A stretch of 63,309 nt of DNA, filler included, from Trichomonas gallinae (Eukaryota): assembly GCA_008369845.1 (NCBI GenBank). It is 8 parts of 8 records of this genome, joined end to end, with 100 filler letters (N's around TTAATTAATTAA, not from the genome) between each part and the next. Parts side by side here need not be neighbours in the genome. Positions count along the whole stretch, not along the records: positions 44,333 to 57,254 come from MRSU01001526.1; positions 57,355 to 61,944 come from MRSU01001528.1; positions 62,045 to 63,309 come from MRSU01001531.1; 5 more parts are not named here. One strand, 5' to 3'. How positions within the stretch are numbered: the first letter of the stretch is position 1; each line of letters begins with the position of its first letter. Below the pieces are notes generated by a model. That model was not told the origin of the DNA, searched no databases, and saw nothing but the letters and a program-made list of their open reading frames with translations. Shown here one piece after another: positions 56,353-63,309 of this stretch. The position numbers and the translations under genes were made by a program.

Positions 56353-57051
56353 TCAATATGTACCAATTGGCTGCTTGTATGGATCATATTTACCCATTGC
56401 AACTTCAGTAAGCAAAGAGTGAACGAATTTTTTAACTTCGCACTTCTGTTCTTCTGATAAAAGATCAATTTTTAGTGAAATGTTGCTATCTAAAACAATA
56501 GCATCTGGGCATAATTTATGTATAAGACAGGCAACTCTGACAATTAAATCTGGGGATTTAAGAAACTTTATTTCTCGCAATAATTGTTTATCAGACATTT
56601 TTGATGTATCTGTATCTAAAATAGCGGCAAATGGCTTTCCTTCTCTCTTTTCGTATGTGCAAGTTTCAATTTTGTTTTCTTTTAAATATGTTGTGAATTC
56701 TGAAGCTAATAATGATAATCTAGTTGAGCAAATATCTTCCTTACTTGGTAATTTGTTGTTATAAAGAGTCATGAACTCATTATAAAGCTGTTGCGCTGCT
56801 GCTTTATAAATTTCTTGATTAAATGTTGAATTATTTGTAACATTAAATAGTTGCCTTATCTCTGTAGCTAGTTGTTTATCAGACTCGTAAAGTCCAGATT
56901 GAAGTTTCGACAATATTGATATTAAATTTGCATTGCTTCCAGATGTAGCTAAATACTGATTATCACTTGTGCCTAAAAATAGTTTTGCAATTGGCCTAGA
57001 CATTATTTTAGTCATAATATCAATACATCTATGATATTCAACTAATTCCAT
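56353..57051 (-). CDS. Divergent bromodomain protein with C-terminal ET-like domain
   Basis: RCIDIMTKIMSRPIAKLF and KLQSGLYES...EIRQLF follow the bromodomain helices; C-terminal IDLLSEEQ resembles an ET-like domain. First ATG is at 57051. Confidence 0.6.
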   Translation of the reverse strand: MELVEYHRCIDIMTKIMSRPIAKLFLGTSDNQYLATSGSNANLISILSKLQSGLYESDKQLATEIRQLFNVTNNSTFNQEIYKAAAQQLYNEFMTLYNNKLPSKEDICSTRLSLLASEFTTYLKENKIETCTYEKREGKPFAAILDTDTSKMSDKQLLREIKFLKSPDLIVRVACLIHKLCPDAIVLDSNISLKIDLLSEEQKCEVKKFVHSLLTEVAMGKYDPYKQPIGTY

Positions 57052-57254
57052 TTTGAAATCTGACAATTGACATGTAAAGTGCCAAAAATTTCCAATTTTT
57101 ATTTCTCTGTTTTAATAAAGAGGTGTACCAATAACGATAGAAATGACGTTAAAATCATAACGGTCCTAGAACTTAAGTCTTTTTGGAGCACAGAAATGCT
57201 TTAAGGCCGCATCCTTGTGACCAATATATGAATCACTCCTGTGTGCATCGACTA

Positions 57255-57354
57255 NNNNNNNNNNNNNNNNNNNNNNNNNNNNNNNNNNNNNNNNNNNNTT
57301 AATTAATTAANNNNNNNNNNNNNNNNNNNNNNNNNNNNNNNNNNNNNNNNNNNN
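57255..57354. other. Artificial contig linker
   Basis: N44-TTAATTAATTAA-N44. Confidence 0.99.
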
Positions 57355-57903
57355 CATGAATTTTGAGTTTTCATGTACCAAAATAGGTACAAAAATACAC
57401 CAAAAAAGGAGTGTCAAAAATTTCTGAAGTTTACGAGTGGGCGTAACTGCACCCTTAATAAACTAATTATCGACTCAACTAAATATTACTTTGAACCAAT
57501 GGAAAATTTTTTGTTGTTTTTGTATGTAGTAAATATTTTCGTTGTATAAACAATCTTATATTGATTTTGTAGATAATATAGTTGAAGCCATTAAAATGCA
57601 ACACTAGCCTGTATTCGTATATATGGTATATAATTAAATATGCTGTAAGAGGACTTGACCTTTAAAGTCCAGTATTGTTCATTCTTAGATGTGAATTAGC
57701 AACATCAGGCCTTCATCCACCTATCTTTAAGTTTTCTTCATGGTTCTAGAATCATTTAGTACTATTTTATTGTTAAATCTCACTCAACATGAAGTAACGC
57801 TGACAACCAAGCGTATACCCATCTCAGATTCATTCACTTTTCTGTCGCTTTAAAAAAAAAGAAAATAGTCGTTTTACAAAATTTTTGGAATAAATAGAGT
57901 CGT

Positions 57904-59838
57904 ATGCAAATTTTTTTTATGTCAGAAAGCATATATGAACGATTCATGGAAAAATATAGCTTCTATCAGGATATTGTTGATCATATTGATAACGTGAAGT
58001 CATATGTCCCTAATGTTCTTGTTTTCTTTCTCTTGGAAAAAATTGAAAAAAATATGATTGATCATAATATGATATACATGCTTATTGCTGAATACTGTGA
58101 AATGCATATAGCTTATATTCGTGAATACTGGGATATTTTCGATAAAATTTATCAACGCAGCAAAATTAAACCAAGATTTCTTAATGAAAAAAGAATTATA
58201 AATTGTTTATTTGCGAAGAAATACAATGTTAAGACGTCCTGCACGAATTGGAATGATCATAAATACGATTTCGTGGACAGTCAAAATAAATGCATTATTG
58301 AAAATATAAGTCTTGATGAAATTCTTAACTATTACGAATCAAATCTAATCATGCGCTGCATCATTCACGATGATATTAAATCCTTTAAAGACATAGTTGA
58401 TTCAAATCCGGATTTTGATTTCAACCAAATGATCTTTAGGAAATCTCTCATCCAAAATTGTTGTTTTTGTGGTGCAGCTGAATGCTACAAGTTTTTGAGA
58501 AGCAATGGTATCGAAATTACTAAAAGATGCCTTGATAGCAGCATTACATCCCAGAACAAAACAATCATCAATGAATGTCTTCAGTATGAAACACCTAACA
58601 AAAGGACAATGAAAAAAGTCTTGAAGACGCACAATTTCGAAATGGCTCTTTCATTTGAGCAAATGTATAACTGCGAGATTGATATTGGATTGGTTGCTGA
58701 ATTTCATAATCTTCAGTTATTCTTGTACAAAATGTTTCAATATCAAAAATATGATATCTTTTTATTAAAATCATATCATTTTATTATACCAAAACTCATT
58801 GAAGATATTTTGGATCTTGGTGCAAATATTGACGCAACAGACAATGATGGAAAATCATTATTGTTTTATGAAGCACGTGATAATAATGCTGAAATAATGA
58901 AGCTATTGGTTAACCGCAGTGCAAACATTAACATGAAATTCAAAAATTCTCGTACACTATTGCATCTTGCTGCAAAATATAATAACGCTGATATAATTGC
59001 AAAACTGATCGAGCGTGGTGCGAATATTGATGAAAAAGATGAAAAGTCCAGGACTCCTTTGTTGCTGGCTGCGAAATATAACAGTGTTGAAGCTCTTATG
59101 AAGCTGACTGAACTTGGTGCCAATATTAACATGAAGGAAGATTGGAAAATGTGTAATATGTCATTTAGCAAACTCAAAAAAATTGCTGCCAACCGCCCAA
59201 CAGCGGGTTTTGTGACATCACTATCGTATGCAGTGAGCCATAATAATGTAGATGCCATAACATTTTTGGTTGAACATGGAGCTAATATTGAAGTAAATTA
59301 TTTTGAATATGCTGCAAAAATGAAAAGTTTTGAAAGCTTACAGAAGTTGCTTGAAATTGGTGTCTACATGGAAAAAGCAGAAGATAAAAGAACAACCTCG
59401 CTACATTGGCTTGCTAAATATAATAATGTTGAATTCATTACTAAGATGTTTGAAATTGGAGCAAATATTGAAGCCAAAGACAAAGATGGACGCACACCAT
59501 TGCATTATGCAGCCGAAAACAATAGTGTAGATGCCATCGTAAAGTTGATTGAACTTGGCGCAAATATTGAAGCAAATAGTTGTTATATTAGAACTCCATT
59601 ACTTGATGCCACATATTATGAACAAGTTGAAGCTGTGATAAAATTGATTGAATGTGGTGCAAATATCGAAGCAAAAGACGAGAAGAATTGGACACCTATA
59701 TTTTATGCTAAATGGCTCGATAATTCTACGATTTGTCAAAAATTAATTGAAACCGGTGCAAACACGCAAATACAAGATATAAATGGTAAAACACCATACA
59801 CTATTGAAAAATGTAAATATTATAAGTCCTTTTTCTGA
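57904..59838 (+). CDS. DUF3447 + ankyrin repeat protein
   Basis: CCFCGAAECYKFLRSN...IINECL...THNFE DUF3447 pattern, then GANIEAKDKDGRTPLHYAA ankyrin repeats. Confidence 0.93.
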   Translation: MQIFFMSESIYERFMEKYSFYQDIVDHIDNVKSYVPNVLVFFLLEKIEKNMIDHNMIYMLIAEYCEMHIAYIREYWDIFDKIYQRSKIKPRFLNEKRIINCLFAKKYNVKTSCTNWNDHKYDFVDSQNKCIIENISLDEILNYYESNLIMRCIIHDDIKSFKDIVDSNPDFDFNQMIFRKSLIQNCCFCGAAECYKFLRSNGIEITKRCLDSSITSQNKTIINECLQYETPNKRTMKKVLKTHNFEMALSFEQMYNCEIDIGLVAEFHNLQLFLYKMFQYQKYDIFLLKSYHFIIPKLIEDILDLGANIDATDNDGKSLLFYEARDNNAEIMKLLVNRSANINMKFKNSRTLLHLAAKYNNADIIAKLIERGANIDEKDEKSRTPLLLAAKYNSVEALMKLTELGANINMKEDWKMCNMSFSKLKKIAANRPTAGFVTSLSYAVSHNNVDAITFLVEHGANIEVNYFEYAAKMKSFESLQKLLEIGVYMEKAEDKRTTSLHWLAKYNNVEFITKMFEIGANIEAKDKDGRTPLHYAAENNSVDAIVKLIELGANIEANSCYIRTPLLDATYYEQVEAVIKLIECGANIEAKDEKNWTPIFYAKWLDNSTICQKLIETGANTQIQDINGKTPYTIEKCKYYKSFF

Positions 59839-60731
59839 ATAAATAAAAATAATCGAAAAAAATTGCCAAAAATTTGTAAAATAAGTTTACGTGTCAAAAT
59901 CTTTCGCAAATCAAAAAATTTATTTAATATACCGATCACATTAAAATTTGCTTTTCTCGAGATGGCATGAGATAAGGAATAATAAAACAAAATTGTTAAG
60001 GTTGTTCTTAGTTTTCAAAATCATTGATGGTGAAATGGTTGAATTTTTTAATGCGAATTGTCAAGGGTTATTATATGTATAATGAATATTGCAGTAAAAA
60101 GATGAACGACAGTCATTTTGCGGATAGAAACCGAAATTCCAGATTTTCTTGATGGTCAAGCTAATTCTTTGAAACATGTACTTATTGTGATCTATACATA
60201 AATTTCGTCTTATAAAGATTCATCCAAAAGGTGACCATCAGATGGTTGAGACAAAAAAAAATATAATTTGACTGAAAATATATATTTAAAGCTCATTGTG
60301 TCTACATGAATACATCATAAATTAAATTTTACAGTAAAATTTATAACTTTATAATTTTACTGTTAAATTATTATTATTTATATTTATCATGTATCTGATG
60401 TAATTCAAAAATTGAGATTATCAATCAAATATTTTGAATTACAGCCAATCAAAAACTAAAAAGGTCAATTTTGTAGTCATATTATATAGTATTCGAACGC
60501 AAATAAAATGATAAACTTATTCAATAAAAAATTAAAAATCTCTATATAGAGAAATAGTTCTATATAGAATACTATGTCTATCATTTTAAAAAAAATGTTC
60601 GGTTTTCCAAACAATGAGCACAAATGTTTAAACAGGTTATATAGGATTTTTAGCGCGAATACATATAATAGAAGCGAATACGAATTTTAATCACAAAAAG
60701 TTTTTTGACTGGAAAAACACAAAACAAAAGA

Positions 60732-61944
60732 ATGGAGTTCGAAAAGCTGTTTTCTAGTAATTTAATCACGAATACATTTTCGAAAGCAACCTCACACGTT
60801 GATGTCAAGGCACCTGGAAAGTATTTAGTCTCAGATTCCCATTTTTCGGATCTCATATCCAGCAAAGAAAAAGGAGGAGCTATTTCTTGCTCAGTTTTCA
60901 ATATTATTCTTGCTATAACACGCTGCAGCTATTTACATATCCATAATCAAGAAGCGGGTGGAGCGATCTCATTTGAATCAAAGCAAGGTAACATAATATT
61001 ACACCAAAACCATGCTGAAGACTGCTATTCTATTAATAAAAATAATAAATCCCGTGGTCAATTCATATTCTCGATCGCTAATTCTACGAATATCTTTGAT
61101 TCATCGATTGTTCGCTGTGCTCCAGCCGAAGTTTTTAATAATGGTAACAATCCAGTAAATACAGTCGATCTCCAAGGAGAATACAATACATTATACAATA
61201 CAAACTTTTCAAATTGCTATTCAGATTTTTGTTCAGGATTCTCTTTGATAGGTGCAGTCGAATGCATCAAATACATCAACATGGAGAATCCCACATCAGT
61301 AAACTGCCTCATAAACCTTGAAAACGTCAATGGAAATCCAATCGACTATCTTAGCATATTCGGATTCAACTCATTACAAAAAGTGACAGGAATTATCCGC
61401 ATCCAAAATTCTGTAGTTAATTTCAGATCTTTGACTATTAAAGGCAGCCGTGATGTTTATGAGCTTTGCACAATTGAACAATCTGGAAAATGCTTTGTCA
61501 ACGACTTTGATGGAGAAAGTGAAGTTTTGACAAGCAATGTCATTTTAGCCAAAAATGCAGTTCGAAAAATAAAGAGAGAAATTTTAGAGAATGAAGATAA
61601 TGCTAATGATGGTGCACATGAGTCATCTACTACCACAACCACGGATGAAACTACAACTACTACCACAACCACGGATGAAACTACTTCAGACGAAACTACA
61701 ACAACTACTACTTCAGACGAAACTACAACAACTACTACTACAGACGAAACTACTACTACTGTTACTACAGACGAAACTACTACTACTACCACAACAACAA
61801 CAGATGATACAACTACAACAACAACAACTGAAGAAGAAACTACCACAACAACAGATGAAACAAATACAACAACAACAACTGAAGAAGAAACAACTACCAC
61901 AACAACAACAGATGAAACAACTACAACAACAACAACTGAAGAAG
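60732..61944 (+). CDS. Pmp-like beta-helix surface protein with Thr-rich mucin stalk; 3' end in gap
   Basis: GGAISC/GGAISF and NFSNC motifs, then (T)n-DE repeats. The N-terminus is uncertain. Confidence 0.75.
61625..61944 (+). repeat. Coding poly-Thr/DE low-complexity repeat
   Basis: ACA/ACT runs punctuated by GATGAA/GAAGAA. Confidence 0.9.
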
Positions 61945-62044
61945 NNNNNNNNNNNNNNNNNNNNNNNNNNNNNNNNNNNNNNNNNNNNTTAATTAATTAA
62001 NNNNNNNNNNNNNNNNNNNNNNNNNNNNNNNNNNNNNNNNNNNN
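61945..62044. other. Artificial contig linker
   Basis: N44-TTAATTAATTAA-N44. Confidence 0.99.
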
Positions 62045-62142
62045 CAACAACAGTTCATCATTGCAAGGAAGACATCTTTGCCTCAGACTTTGACGAGTCA
62101 GAACACACTGCAGGATATTTTGTTTGCAGGATATGCCAATGA
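62045..62142 (+). CDS. 3' end of a cytoplasmic tail (TTVHHCKEDIFASDFDESEHTAGYFVCRICQ*), possibly of the upstream Pmp-like gene
   Basis: Manual translation gives an acidic DIFxxDF tail like those of 35072-36967 and 38199-39881. Confidence 0.7.
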
Positions 62143-62207
62143 ATTGTAATATTATACACAAATTGAGTTTATTAAAGTAGTTCATATGATTTAAAAATCA
62201 GATAAAA

Positions 62208-62411
62208 ATTGCACTCACTGTTGTTTGCATTATTTATTGCAATATCAAGCATCGCAATGATAAAGAAAACGATCTGTCATCAGGGGAAGAAATTTCCGGT
62301 GGCTAGATCGAAACAATCATTGATCGGGGCATTATTGAGGATACAATCACATTCGACAATCCTATAACCGCTATATTACTTCAAAACGATTTTTATGAAG
62401 CAGATTATTAA
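62208..62411 (+). pseudogene. Degenerate orphan TM + cytoplasmic tail module
   Basis: IALTVVCIIYCNIKHR...EEISGG*IETIIDRG...ITFDNPI...NDFYEADY* with an internal stop. Confidence 0.75.
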
Positions 62412-63124
62412 AGGAAATGAGCATTGATATTCTATCTCTGTATAAATTGTTTGAATAAAACATCTATCATCTAATAATTATATTTATCCAAAGTATCATA
62501 TTGAGAGTTCTATAATGAGGTTTATAGTATATTATTGTGTCAGAGCATAATAAAGCTGTGTTGATTTCAATTCCATTTGTGAATCATCAAAAAAAAAAAA
62601 AAAAGCTTTTCTGCGTGATCCTGATGCTTTTTTGCATGATGCACAATCAAGTGATTCTGTAATTATATGAATAAACCGAATTTTTTGATATGATTCATGT
62701 TTTTTTGTAGCATTTATTGACAAAAATGGACATACAATTATAATCTTATCAAAATTTATCTTTAGAATTAAAATTGAACTTGAATTAGGCACAATAATAG
62801 GTATATTACTATAAAATGTAACAATAAAAATTTCGACTCGTCTTGCTCGGTTATACGGGCGTATCAGCATTAATCTATATAGAGAAATACTGTTATTATT
62901 GAGATTATAGGTCTTTTATTTGCTCAAACAAGTAAATATTCAATTCTGATTTTGATAGAGTCTATTTCAAATTCATCTATGCTTTGATTATACATTTTTG
63001 TAAAATAATTGTTATTTTGAGGTTTTATCAAAAAATCCAATCGTATTTAAAATGAAACTTGACATAAAACAATATTTGAAGATCTTGCTTATTAACTTTT
63101 TTCGCGGACATATGTATTGATTAA

Positions 63125-63309
63125 ATTGCAATCATTATTATTGGTACTGTTTTTTACATATTTAAGCGACGCGGTGACAATGAGACAATCAGCGAAGAAA
63201 TGTCAGGGCAAGAGTATGAAACAGCAATTGATCGTAGCATGTTTTCAGAAGGAGTCACATTCGACAATCCTCTGTTCACAACAACAGTTCATCATTGCAA
63301 GGAAGACAT
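63125..63309 (+). pseudogene. Orphan TM + cytoplasmic tail module (runs off the window)
   Basis: After TAA at 63122: IAIIIIGTVFYIFKRR...EYETAIDRSMFSEGVTFDNPLFTTTVHHCKED. 63279-63309 is identical to 62045-62075. Confidence 0.75.

Noticed and set aside
13775..62044. Seven identical TTAATTAATTAA palindromes in N runs
   Set aside because: Artificial six-frame-stop linkers, not biological. ORFs ending XXXLIN or XXXN are artefacts.
62532..62870. 112-aa minus-strand ORF between the tail modules
   Set aside because: No motif recognised, includes a homopolymer run and cannot be supported.

Overview
AT-rich eukaryotic draft-genome sequence from a trichomonad (parabasalid, Trichomonas-like). The assignment rests on compact, apparently intronless genes, Inr/M3/M5-type core promoter motifs, and typical families: BspA LRR, Pmp-like, M60-like, DUF3447-ankyrin, glycine-rich surface proteins and TKL kinases. 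The window is eight contig pieces joined by seven artificial 100-nt linkers (N44-TTAATTAATTAA-N44), so adjacency across linkers is unproven. There are about 30 protein genes. Housekeeping genes include eIF6, RPS13, a probable RPL3 3' end, CDC50 and Vps68/TMEM50. Flagellar/cytoskeletal genes include DRC2, CFAP73-like, a NEK kinase, a tubby-like gene and a TOG/CLASP-like gene. Many others encode surface proteins. Most notable: (1) two divergently oriented Pmp-like heads switch abruptly from roughly half identical to 100% identical DNA at both contig ends (invertible-cassette or gene-conversion architecture); (2) a single-ORF PIF/Harbinger-ISL2EU-type transposon with >=80-bp TIRs and a 44-bp subterminal hairpin; (3) tandem orphan TM+cytoplasmic-tail modules sharing a DNPxF/acidic motif with unrelated surface proteins; (4) a 3'-truncated tRNA-His-like Pol III unit; (5) unusual fusions (homeodomain-WD40, RRM-BTB/BACK-discoidin) and apparently catalytically dead enzymes. 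All family calls are by eye from motifs, with no database search. No CRISPR array or rRNA was seen.
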